The notes below the pieces were generated by a model. It was not told where the DNA came from and did no database searches. It saw only the letters and a list, made by a program, of their open reading frames with translations. A stretch of 64,000 nt of DNA from Halocafeteria seosinensis (lineage: Eukaryota). Made by a program: the position numbers and the translations under genes. This document shows positions 48,495 through 60,918 of this stretch, one piece after another. Positions within the stretch are counted from its first letter, which is position 1. The number at the start of each line of letters is the position of its first letter. The stretch spans positions 1-64,000 of the forward strand of contig LVLI01000328.1 of NCBI GenBank assembly GCA_001687465.1, read 5' to 3'.

Positions 48495-49914
48495 ATGTCA
48501 AAGCCGAATCTAGAGGATTTTGATCCCATTTGTCCGTTCCCAGTAACTGTACGAGTCTTGGATGATAGGGGGTTGGGTGCGGTCGATAACGAAGGATTTC
48601 CACTACAGCATCTTCGTCTTGAGCGCCGGGACAGCAAGGGTCGACTCCATATCATTCAAACAGTGCGCCACATAAGTAACACCCAACTTGGAGAGATAAT
48701 TTTGGCACGGCGGTGGGTGAACCACGAGCCCGAAGCAGGTGCACCAGTTGCTCTGAAAACTATCGACAAGGTAAGTGCTCGCGACACGTGGATCTGCAAG
48801 TCTGACGCTGTGACCCGCGGGATGTTTTGGGTATTTGCAGAGGTGTTTTACGAAGCTAGAGCTACCAGGGAGAGCACCTCTGTTTCTTACATTTCGTAAT
48901 GGAACGCTGAAGTACGGGCCTGAGAATCCTGAAATCGAACTGAAAGTCCTGGGCCATCTCGGAGGACAGCATCATCTCGTGGGGCTACTTGACTATCTAG
49001 AAGGTGAAGAAAAGAACTATATGGTTATAGACTATGCCAAAGGTTCGTCACGTTACGCAAAGCTCCAGTTAGTGGGTTTAATAAAGGTTGATGCACTGTG
49101 CACTCATGTCTCAGATGGCGACTTACTAGATCATGTTCAGCACACGCTGTTGAGTGAGCAGCAAGCAAAAGAAATCATCTGTCAGATGTTGGAAGGTAAG
49201 TCCAAGAGGAAAAAGTTAGGGCCGTTATTGTTGCTTACGAATTTCCGCATTTCGTATCCACGCAGGGTTAGCTCATTTACACTGCCACGGCGTGTGCCAC
49301 AGAGATATATCGCTTGAGAATACTTTGTTCTCGGATTTACACACAAATAGCATTCGCATACATGACTACGGAGTCGCTCAAGCAGCTCCCCTCATTGCTA
49401 GTTTTCGCTGGAACGCGGAGACGTAAGTTCGAATCGATCGAGCATCGATCTGTTCCCGCTGCTTCACCCATTAGGTTGTTCCCGTTACAGAGTTGGCAAA
49501 GAAAGATATCGATCTCCTGGTGTCGTTAAAAATTCTCCGTATAATGGATTTTACGCGGACATGTATGCTCTTGGAGTTGTGACGATCAACACGGTGACCA
49601 GTTGCCAAGTCCCTAGGACGAAGATAACAACGGCCGAGGGGGAGCTTATCCCTGAGCTCGCTAGAACCCTGGAGTACCGAGGCTACCACCCGGGATCTCC
49701 CCTGTACAACTTTATTCGCGCACTAGTTCAAGATGCCCCTTCAAAGAGAGTACCGGAAACAGGAGTCCCAAGAAACCTACCGATCCTAAGACTCTTGGAT
49801 CATGAATGGCTGCGCACTTCGCATACCATTCCTGATCACCATATTGAGAGCTTTGAGGAGAAAGCGTTAATGACAATGCGGCATCAGAAGGCATATGTCG
49901 AGAGTATTTCCTAG
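48495..49914 (+). CDS. Divergent CAMK-like Ser/Thr kinase, copy 1
   Basis: VALK, ENPEIELKV, GDLL, HRDISLEN, HDYG, GKERYRSPG (APE Glu absent), DMYALG; four introns. Confidence 0.85.
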
Positions 49915-50270
49915 TAGTGGCCGTCCGAAACAAATCTAGATACTGCTCCTGCGACGTCAAGAATTGAGGGATGCGTGATATGAAGAGACCCGGCACTGCC
50001 TGGCTCTACAAAGAAAACAAGAAAAGAAAATTTCCAAAACAAACGGAGAAACATACACTAGATGAAACTCATTTTCATTTGAGCTTCCCGGGAAGGGGCA
50101 CTTCCGCGACAAAGATAAAACTGAAAGAAAAGAGAAAAAGCTACCCGCCGGTAGTACGGTAGTACCCGGCACCGATTTCAAAGACTTGAGGTACAAATTT
50201 CAGAAAAATGAGTTACAAATTTTACGAATAAAAGGAAAACTAAAAAAAATAAGCCATAAATTTCAAAATA

Positions 50271-50290
50271 ACACACACACACACACACAC
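50271..50290. repeat. (AC)n microsatellite
   Basis: Ten AC units. Confidence 0.9.
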
Positions 50291-50472
50291 GAGACGTACA
50301 GCCTTACCTTACAACTTAAGTTACAAGCTGGGTGTGGTATCTTCTGCTATCTCATCGAATACAATACCGTTTGTTGCGTTGAAAATATTCAATTCGATCC
50401 TGCAGGGATTGTTTGTGTTTCTTTCTGTGCACAAGTTTTTTCTTGACTCTTACCACCAAATATAGGTTAAAG

Positions 50473-51956
50473 ATGGACGTGGCATTGGGTATTCGACCGT
50501 ATTTAGAGAATATCGCGCCATGTGTGCCATATGATGCTGTTATAGAACAGAATGGATACTTTCCCAACGTCAATCAAGAAGGGTACCACTTCCCTATTGT
50601 GCGCATGACCCACCGCATTAGGCACGGAGGACAAGTGGAGCTAAGAACACACACTTTCCTCTTTGTAACCCAAATGGGTGCTACGATACAGTCGGATATG
50701 GAGGTGCATGATGACGGTGAAACGAGCTCAGAAGACGTGGTCCTCAAGTCAATCGACGAGGTACAACATTAGACTGTATCTATTCATGCATGAACCTTTT
50801 TATAATTCATTCTGGATCTGCTTGTGCCTCTGCAGAGGTGCTTGGTCCCCGTGAATGCCCCTGGAGAACGCCCAAGATACAGAGTTTTCAACAGACACGG
50901 GAGACTGATTCCGGGCCCTGAGAACCCAGTGATAGAGCTCAAGATAATGCGAGAGCTCAAAGGGAGGCATCACATCATGTCATTGAAGGACTATTGTAGA
51001 GGCTCCGGGATGCACTATGCGGCGATGCCGTACGCCGATTGTAAGCCGACGAAGCATTGGCCGTGGACTTGTGGTGATAGCCTTAACTTTCTTTGCTTGC
51101 AGTGAAAGATTTGCTGAGCTTCGTTAATGAGAGACGGGGTTTGCGAGAAGATCTCGCGAAATATATTTTCTGTCAAGTGCTAGAAGGTATGGCGGGAGTT
51201 GGCAAGGCAATCCCATTGCTGCGGTTGAGATTGATCCTACAAAAGCATGGCTTTTGCCTGCAGGCATTCTATTTCTACATAGTAACGGAATCAGTCATCG
51301 AGATATATCGCTAGAAAATGTTCTTCTAGGAGGAGACAGAGAAAGACCTTTCGCCATAGTTCACGATTTTGGTTTGGCTGCTGTGACTGCCCTCGTAAAG
51401 GAGTTTCCAGATGACTTGGAGCCAGGGTACGAGTCCCCGCGTTTCCTACAAGTATGATGGCTCGCTTGTCAAAGGTATTGCTTTTCCTCCTTTCTCTCTT
51501 TGCAGTGTCGGCAAACGAGGATACAAAGCTCCCGAAATATTTGAGGAGGGCTACAATGGGTTCGAAACCGATATGTTTGCGCTCGGTATCTTGCTTTACA
51601 TGATGATAACTTGCTCCTTTCCCCCCAACACAGGCCGCAGGGGATATACAGACCAACATGGCTTTCTCCATCCAGAAATGAAAGAGAAATTGACAAATAG
51701 GCACTTCCCACAGAACACTCCCCTGCATCACTTTATTCGGACTCTCGTTCAAACTCGCCCTGGAGATAGATTTCCAAACGGAAATCGTAATGTACTTCCC
51801 CCAACCCTTGGCCTGTTGGAACACATTTGGCTTGAGAATGATCATTCAATTCCTCAAGAAACTATCGAAGAATTCCGTTCTCGGGCAACGTACGTGGCAC
51901 GTGCCCAATTCGCTTATGCAACAGGACAGTCGGATACGACTGAGGAGCATCTATAG
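50473..51956 (+). CDS. Divergent CAMK-like Ser/Thr kinase, copy 2
   Basis: VVLK, ENPVIELKI, HRDISLEN, HDFG, GKRGYKAPE, DMFALG; the same four intron positions as copy 1. Confidence 0.88.
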
Positions 51957-52480
51957 GGTATGCATAGTAGTGGCACTTCTTCCTACTGCCGCTACCACTG
52001 CCACTTCCACTTGGTTTCGTCGCAACTTTCAATTGCCGTAGCGTCAACTTGGATAAGTGTTAGAAGAATGAGGATGAAGTTTCACAATTCTTTGCACACA
52101 CGTCATATCCTTTAGCTTCGAAGTTCCGTCTGGCACAGTGCGTTAGCCATACATGTCAGAAAATCAATATTCGACATAAGTGCTTCCTCCTCTCATGTGT
52201 TCAAAGAAGCTCCGTCTCTAACGTAGCCTTCGATTTTTTCAAAACAACCCGTCACCAACCATTCACGACCTTCGTTGAAGCCGCTTTCCGCCTTCGTAGA
52301 ACACGCGGATCTATTGATAGTATGACACTCGCCATGCTGTGAGTCCTAAAAATACGTGGTTCGTTACGATATTTGGTCTTTTTTCATATAAAAAATCTTT
52401 TGTGTACTGACTGTGGGATCTACGAAGGTGCCTAAATCCACCGAATCCAACCCAACGTCCTCCGAGAAAGATACTCTGCT

Positions 52481-54011
52481 ATGGCTGCAGAACCTGAGAA
52501 CAAGCGAACCGAGTCCGAATTGGCTTCCTTGCCCAGTGTAAAGCCTTTCCCCGTGGCTGTAGAGCGTCTGGGTGAATTCGGAGAGAAAGACCGCAGGGGA
52601 TACCCACATAAAAGGGTGAGACTGACGAAGAATGACGAGGCATCGGGAACAACCACTACCACCGAGCAGACCAAGCATCTCGAGAATACACTGCTGGGAG
52701 CTGTGTTTGAGGCCACAATGGGTACCAACGGATACGACGATAAAACCGTGGCACTGAAGACTATGGATGAGGTATGCACCTACAGTTCAGTTCCCGCTGG
52801 TCAACATGTTACTGCATACCGGTATGACGAGCTCCGTTGTTGCAGAGGTGTTTCGAGAAAGTCTACGTACCAGAGACAGAAGAACGCTTGTACCGACAAT
52901 TGAATGCACATGGACAGCTAGTGGCAGCACACGAAAATCCCGATATGGAATTGAAGGTGATGCAATATCTAGGAGGCAGGCATAATTTGATGCCTTTGAT
53001 CGACTACACTCGTGGTAAACTAGCGGATGAGGAGAGGCGCTACGCGACGCTCCAGTACCATGATTGTAAGTAGTTTGCGCAAGAAAAATGAGTCATCAGA
53101 GAGTTCTTTACAGCGACGGTTTTCTTATCAGATGGAGACCTGCTAGACTTCATTAGAGAGAGGGTTCAAGGCCCTTTGAGGGAGCACGTTGCTCGACACA
53201 TCTTTCTTCAGGTACTGGAGGGTACGTATTGGAGCCACGTTGATTGCTTTGGTTTTGTTCCATTGTACGACTACGAAGCATGAAAAACATAATGCAGGCC
53301 TCTTATGTCTTCATAGCAACGGGCTTTGCCACCTGGACGTGTCTATGGAGAACGTCCTTCTCCGTGGTGATATAGAGCTCCCGACAGCTGTGTTGCATGA
53401 CTTTGGATTAGCCGCTTCTGCACCGCTTGTCAAAGGATATATCACATCAGTAGCGCGCGGGTATGTTTAGATGTTTTATGATCTAATCGCTACACACTAA
53501 GTTGCATAGTCTTCTGGGAGTCTGTTGCAGTCTGGGAAAAAACGGGTACAGAGCACCTGAAGCACTACAGCCGGATTGCAATGGTATCTACAGCGATTTA
53601 TATGCCATGGGAGTACTTCTCTATGGTATGGTTGCCTGCAATTTACCGGTAGAAAAATTAGCGGACGGACGAAAAAAGGGTCTCGATATGACCACTGACC
53701 GTGGACAGTTGGAGGAGACATTCGCCCGGTGCTTAGAGGAGCGAGGATATCCTTGCGATTCACAGATATATCAATTTATAGAGATGCTTGTTCAGAAGGA
53801 ACCGGCGAGCAGAATACCGGCGTCTGCACAAACAAGAGTTCCGCCGTCGCTCGCGATCCTCGACCACCCGTGGCTGCAAACCCGCCCAGAGGTCCCGGCA
53901 GAGTACAGGATTTCGCAGGAGAGTATCAACGAATTCAGGACCGTAGTAATGCACCAAGCTCAGTATCAACAAAATTATGTAAAAAAACAGCAAGCAAATG
54001 CGAACCCGTAG
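52481..54011 (+). CDS. Divergent CAMK-like Ser/Thr kinase, copy 3
   Basis: VALK, ENPDMELKV, GDLL, HLDVSMEN, HDFG, GKNGYRAPE, DLYAMG; the same intron positions. Confidence 0.88.
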
Positions 54012-55491
54012 GCCTGCGACAGGAACCTGTGTTTGGAGTTGGGATTGCTCCTCAACAGTGTTGGTCCCTAGTGTTGCCTACTTTCCCCGGCAGAAACTCG
54101 TTCTTGGAAAGCAATGGAGGGCGCAGAGATTATGTGGTACACTCGTCTCGTAGGGGAACGTGGTGGAGCAGTTGCGGCGGCTTCAAGCCGGCTTGTGATA
54201 AGGTGCCGCGTTTACTGCCGACAAACTTCAACCGGGTTGGATCAGAATACACGGCCTCGTACAGTATTCAATCGGAATATTTCTGTGTTGACCAACAAGC
54301 AGCGGAAGCTTTCGTCTTCCTCATCAGCTTATTCATTCAAGTTTCTGTGTAACTTGTCCTTTCGTATATAGATTCTTATATACACACAGTGCATGTCATG
54401 TATGGGGCTAACAAGGATTTTCCCACGCTCTCAGCAGTCAGAACAAGAACAAACAGGGAGGTTCAAGGAGGTAGTGTATGGCCTATATAGAACCACTTGG
54501 GTCTCTCAATCAGTGCTGCGATCCATGCCTGACCCATGAAGTCCTGAAGGCTGTATTGGATATCCACGTGTCGACAAGCCATGACTCGTGGGACTCGACA
54601 TTCGACAATTGGTCGACATGTCCACGTTACCTCTCGCTTACCACCTACAACAATGAACGTTGCGGCCATGGGTCCCTGATATGAAAATTTGAGAGGTTGA
54701 ATCAGTGGTAGCTCTTTGCAAGGGCCATTGGAATTTACGGCACGAAACTTCGCGGCCGGTGCCTTGGTGTAATTCAACTTCAACGTCCCTCACACGATGT
54801 TGAAGCAAGCCAACGTTGTTGAAGCTTCTGCTTCCAACTCCGCACGTTCTTCACCCTCGGATGAGAAAATTCACATAAACATGGAGAATACGGCCTTCAT
54901 TCTCTGCACAGAACGGCGCTTTATGGAACCTAAGACTGCAGCAGTGATGGGGGGAAGTAAGAGATTGAGTATATGTGGCTCAGTGGCTTTCGGAGCGTAT
55001 GGAAAGTACATGATACTGAGGTTCGGTCTGACTCAACGTTTATGTGAATATTCTCATTGAAGCTCAAGATACGGCTTTATTGCTCCTCATCCATGGGCTC
55101 TCTACATCAATGAGTAGTATATAATGGTTCGTTATCTTGTAATGCATCCATTCCTGTGCGTATTGTGTCGATCCGTGGCCTAGTAAGAGAGCAGGCTCTG
55201 CCTCACAATAGCCGTTGGCTAAGGTTTGTGAAATAGCGAACGCGCCAAGGAATTATACTGTGTTGTATATGGCTGTGTTGATGATGGACATCCAGCACGG
55301 AGACCGAGGAATGTTTATAAACTTTGCAGTAGGGGGCCGATGTAGTGTTTAAAGGATTTTAACTGCAGTATATCACGGTCAGAGTCTTTCAAAAGGACAG
55401 CGGCAAATCGTCGAAGAAGCGACAAGATATTCCATTTTTCTTACTGGATGTTTCTACGTCACACGACGCCATCGTGTATTCATTATATAAC

Positions 55492-56731
55492 ATGCAAGAA
55501 GTTCCAAGACAAACAAGCAATGCCACTCGACTTGGAAAGTCATATGCCAGTCAGCCCTCATCCCCATCATTTATCGCGGGAGCAGTCCACAAGACGCCAC
55601 CAGTGTGTTTCAAAACGGAGGATATTAAGACGCTCTCGCTTCCTATAGGCACCCCGCATCCCCACTTTCCATGCTTGGCCATCATCGAGTCGACAACGAA
55701 TGGTATCATGGAAGGCGTGGTGGAGGGCATTGACGAAACCGGGGACGATGTGCTATGGATTTCGACACCAGAGAATGATAACCATAATGTAGGTTTTAGC
55801 CGTGGAATGCAGTTGTACTCACTGCAGCAATTATCTTACCAATCCTACGATGTGTGCAGGTGTCGGCTACAGTATTTCTTGGGGGAGAACGTATATCAAT
55901 CAGCGTGCACCTTTTCGCAACCCCGGATCGAAAAGAAGACGGGGGATATTATGTTTTATTGCAAGCTTTGTGTCACGGTGTAAGTGAAGAAAGACTATAG
56001 GGATGAAGGATAAAGTGGTCAGCACACGGGTGTGAAATGGAATGCTGCAGGGATATGGCTGGAACTTCTTTACTATTTGGGACGCCATTGTCATGGAGCT
56101 AAAGGCATGTGCGAAAAAGGTGCAAAGATTTATTCCCCAGATCGAAGAGGACCCAGCGAAAATGTCTAAGCAACCCTCTCTGTCCGAGCAATTACGAAGC
56201 TCGCAGATTCCGGCCCAATATTCAACAGCTTCGAACCCTGCTCCCGAGAATCTGCCGGAAATCACCGAGGAGGACTTCGCTCCTGCTCCTCCACCTGCGT
56301 CAGAACCCAGGGCTGACACCGCCGTGAATCTTCTTCGGGCGCCGTACGAACACGAACGAGGAACAGGTCTAGAGTTGCTTGCGGCGGAGATGGATAGCGA
56401 AAAAAGCAGAAAGCAAATGTACGAGCCGCTCTGCGAATGCATAGGTTCGGGGAACGAGTTTTCAGAGAGCCGCATTCGCGCTTTAAGTCTCTTTAACAGG
56501 ATGCTCAGAGACGGATATATAACCTCGTCTGACTCTGTCCCCTTCAGCCGTATGAAGGAAGGAATAAACGAGATCATTAAGGAGAAGGAAGAAAACGTTA
56601 CACCTTCATTCCAGTATATGAAGCGAGAGTATGCTGAACTTGCTCTGAAAGTGATTGCAAATGCAAGGCACTTAGTGGGAGCGACAGCGCCTGAAGACTT
56701 GATGAAGTCGTTGGAAAGTGCCGGGAAATAG
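55492..56731 (+). CDS. Unknown family, paralogue 1 (KA1-like alpha/beta domain, Pro-rich linker, helical C-terminal domain)
   Basis: Three exons give PHPHFPCL...|VSATVFLGGERISISVHLF..VLLQALCHG|GYGWNFFTIWDAIVMEL...SRIRALSLFNRM...PSFQYM. Confidence 0.8.
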
Positions 56732-57223
56732 ATTAATTCCGTTCGGCCTGTCCTTCAATAATGTATGGTACCATCTAGACCGCTTGCGGTCTGGTGTACA
56801 ATTGTTGTAATATTTTTCTCGATTGCTCGTTGCCTTTTTCTCCCGCTGGGTTTTTTGGGCGGGCAGTCTCAATTGCTCTGGGCCCTGGAGGATGAGCCTG
56901 GGGCACCATAGGACTGGATTTTTTGTCCAATCTTCAGCATTCGGCTAAGTACAACGTATAATACGACTATTTACGAACTCCAAACTGTATATGCGTGGTA
57001 CTATGAGTTCTTTAATGTTTGGAAACAGCTTGTCGGTCGAACACTACGAGGTGCCGTTATTGTGATCACTACAAGGAAGGCATGAGTCTTTGGTGCACTG
57101 ACTGGAATGTTTTCATCTCAACATATAGTTCAATACCAAAGTTTTCGAAGTGTGCAGCTCAGTTCATTACTACGGAAATGAAAGTACTTACAAGTCGGAT
57201 CAGCGTTTCCTTGTGCGGGCACT

Positions 57224-59540
57224 ACAGCAAGGTTGGATGGTTGAAGTCATGGTGCATTCATGTTAGGAATGGGGAACAATAAGCCAGTTGACAATATAAA
57301 GCGATCCCAGTTGAGAGTGTCCATTTTCTCTGACTTGGTAAACTCTGCCATAATTAAAGGGGTCTACATGCATATTTTCCGTCAACGTTGTTCAGACAGG
57401 GGCGGATTCTCTTCGCAAGCGCTCTTTGCTTACCGAATTCATCGCATGCGCAGATCGCATTCTCATCATTGACACAGAGCAAAAATAAATAAAAGAATAG
57501 GTAAGGATGTAGTGTACCCAGCTGCTTCTTCTTCTTGGGATTTCTCATGTTGGACGGTGTGGCTGTGCGGAATCATAACGTTGTCGTTGTTGTTGACCTA
57601 CGTTGACCTGCCAACGACGTCGTGACGGAAACGATTGCTGGAGTTCGGTTTCCAATGCTTTGATCCCTCGTTTGTGTTGTCTCTCCTAACTGACCTGATA
57701 CGGGCGCGTCACAGATGTAGCGGCTCGCATCCAACCGCCATTCATGTAACTGTTATGCTAATTTCGTCGTCGTCGTGCCAACGATGTACACCATAGGCTC
57801 AAAAAAACAAAAACAAAATGTACAGTACAGCCGACTGCCTACCTATCATCGGCTTTAAACCGGCGTTCCGTCCTTTCAATTAATTCATTAAACGAGGTAC
57901 GTAGCATGACAACTGATGGAGCATGTTGCGCCTGAGCTTCCCTTCAAAATTCGCAAGAATGAAATTTCTCGCTTGTGATCAACTTGAAGTCCACGTTCGT
58001 TCAACAGCCGGTGCATCGGTAGAACTTAGTTCATAACAGTTTCATGTACTTGTGATAACACGCCATTAGCCATCGGACAAGATACAGATATAAGTTGATA
58101 TTTTATGTGCGCCATGCAAAGACAATTTTTTGTTGCTTGTTTGCATGTATGATCACCTTGAAGGTCTACCCACGCGCCAAGAACCTACCCCGCCAGCCTC
58201 CCCTGTGAGCTCCCCTTGTGGGCTGCCCCTTGTCCGAGAATTTTAAACAGTCCGGCGAGAATCCTCTTCAACTGGTTTTTATCCGTAAGCTTTAAACGAT
58301 GCAGGCCAATCAAGGACAAGAACAGCAGCATACTGCTTATAAGGACCCGGAGAGCTCACCAGACTCGTCGGCACCCGGAAGTCGAGAACAGTGTACACCA
58401 GCGAAAAAAGGCACAGTCAAAACAGATCCACTTCTTCATGCCATCGCAACTCTTCCGGATGGAATTCCAAAGAGCTCGCCGCATCCTCATTTTCCGTGCT
58501 TGATTGTCATTGACTCGAACTTGAATGGCCTAATGGAATCAGTACGAGAGGGAATAGAGGACTCTGTGGACCAAATGCACATTCCCGCGGATGCTGGAGA
58601 CAAATACCATGTAAGGATTATAGATGAGGAATGTTTTGTGGGCTGATGAATTGCGTTAACTTGAGCATCCCTTGTGCTGCAGTTGGAAGCAAGTGTTTTT
58701 ATTGGAGGTGAGCGCATTAGACTCAGTGTGCACTTATTCATGGAAGTCGCCGATAAGCAGGGTAGTCTAGCCAAACTCTTCCTCCAGGGCTTTTGCCACA
58801 GCGTATGTTATGCCTTTGTTCTCATTTTATTCGAATTGGTACGTGTGAAATCTTAACCTCGATTCCTCATTCTTTTGCAGGGCTACGGCTGGAACTTCTA
58901 CACCGTTTGGAACGGAATTCTCGATGAACTCAGATGTAATTCGAAGAAAGTGCAGCGCTACTTCCCCGCAAAAGAAGCAGATCATCAACCAATATTACGG
59001 AAGGACAAGGTGGCTCCCACTCAACTGCCTCGCTCCGACGAAGCAAGTGCTTTCTTTCCATCATCCTCACAAGGATCGGAACTTGCACCGCTTCCTGACA
59101 TAGACATGCACGCCCCTGCAGCGGTTCCTGGAGAACCTACTGATGAGGATTTCATTAACTTGATGGAATCCAAGTTCGAGAGTGAGAGATGCTTAGGAAT
59201 GGAATTTGTCGGGTCAGATTTGAAAAAATTTGGTACTCCGGCGGTGATTCGATGCCTCTTCAAATGTGTAGGTAGTGAGAGTTCGTACTCTGGAAGTCGT
59301 ATAAGAGCAATGAGTTTGTTGAATAGAATGGTAAAAAGTGGGCTTTGTTCTGCTTCGTTGATTGACTTCGATAGCCTCAAGAGTGGTTTAACCGCGCTAG
59401 TCAGAGAATGTAGGGATGAGAGTAACTGTTCTCCATCCTTCTTGTATATGGTTGACGAGTATGTTTCCTTTGCCGAAAAGTTCATTGAAACTGTGGCGAA
59501 ACGACTGCATGTGGAAGCTGACTCGTCTATCCGAGATAAG
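57224..59540 (+). repeat. Segmental duplication, copy A (upstream region plus gene)
   Basis: Colinear with 60915-63625, starting at ACAGCAAGGTTGGATGGTTGAAGTCATGGTGC. Confidence 0.92.
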
Positions 59541-59576
59541 ATTGCAGAGTTGAAACAATGTTGCAAGACACACTGA
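58299..59576 (+). CDS. Unknown family, paralogue 2
   Basis: Same two intron positions and motifs as paralogue 1 (PHPHFPCL, GGERI, GYGWNF, SRIRAMSL, PSFLYM). Confidence 0.82.
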
Positions 59577-60879
59577 TATATATATATATATATTCGGTTG
59601 GGCAAAGTATGGTAATGTGCCAGATACCAGGACCACGTGTTTATCGGTGGTGTTGTTATTGAAGAGTCTGGTGTCATATCGTTTGTCTTTGAGACGTTGC
59701 GGAATGTATACATACATGCGATGCTTATTCGATGGTTACCAAGGGACTCGTTTGGTGACTGTTATAGATCCGCGAAAAAAATGCTACATCCACGATTAAG
59801 CGGGAATTTAAGTAACTTTACTACAGTTACTTGCATGGTTGGTCTCTCTCCAACACAGCCAACTACTATGTGCCTGAGGAACTGTGGCATCCATTCCTCC
59901 AGGAAGCAATCCTGTCTGTCGTGTACCTTCAACGGCGTGGCCGACAATCGCTCGAATAGGGCTAGATAATTAGAACTTCGATGCAACGAGAGTTGCCAGG
60001 AAGCCTTGGTTCTTTGGCAAGTCGCGGCCATGAAGAGGATTTGTAAGACTGGCTACAGTTGTTGACTCCAGAGACAACGTAGACATCCTGCCTGTGCTGC
60101 TGCAACCGGTCTTGGCGTTGGCGCCGCTGTGGCAGGCTCAGGGTCTTCTCCTGCCAGACTGAGCCTTGTCGGTACCTCTGACATTGTGGGCGCAGGCATG
60201 GCTCCTCCCCCGATGCCTCCTGAGCTTAACCAGTGCTGGCATGTCAGCAAGGCTGCAGGAACAGCGGGCCCGTCGCTGCTTAACACGGGCGCATACCGCT
60301 CCTCGTTAAGAGGATGTGGTCAACTTCCCGGCCGGTGGGCTATCTGTCACATTTGTGTGTGTGTCGCGTGATACGTAGACAACGTAGACAACTTTGGTTT
60401 CAATTCCGTATCCGAATCGGGGAACACACACTTGGTTGCTTTTGACTCAGCAATAAAGGAGATACAAACACAGAGGACATATAAGAGCATGTTAGGAGAT
60501 CGCGCGAAGAATGGCTCAGTGAAGATCCAGAGGAAACGATGCAGAAGTTTCGAAGTTGCCGTTGGCCAAGCTCTCTATCACGTTGATGTCCTACAGCGTG
60601 AGGGTGCTGGAGCAATTCCGGGAAGGGTTCATTTCACCCTGCCGATACTAGGTTGCTTCCGGTAGGACCAATGCTAAGCTACTACGCAAATTATGGGGAA
60701 AATAGTGCGTTGTTTCACGATTCCATCAACTCTTTGAGTCACTTCCCATGAAAGACACTTCAAATCGAAGATTGCAAGTGGCTTTTGAATATCTGCTGAA
60801 GAATTAAATTTCTTTGGGGTGCTGCAGTGCTTCATCGTCGACAACACCTACATAGACTGAAGCATGGAAGTGTAGTTGC

Positions 60880-60880
<1 letters not shown>

Positions 60881-60917
<37 letters not shown>
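60881..60917. repeat. (AC)n microsatellite at duplication breakpoint
   Basis: About 18 AC units that run directly into the start of duplication copy B. Confidence 0.92.

Positions 60918-60918
<1 letters not shown>

Noticed and set aside
54100..55400. Short ORFs between kinase 3 and paralogue 1
   Set aside because: I found no consistent spliced model or recognisable domain.
59021..59713. Long antisense ORFs here and at 55900-56577 and 63106-63993
   Set aside because: They are shadows of the spliced plus-strand paralogues with no independent motifs.
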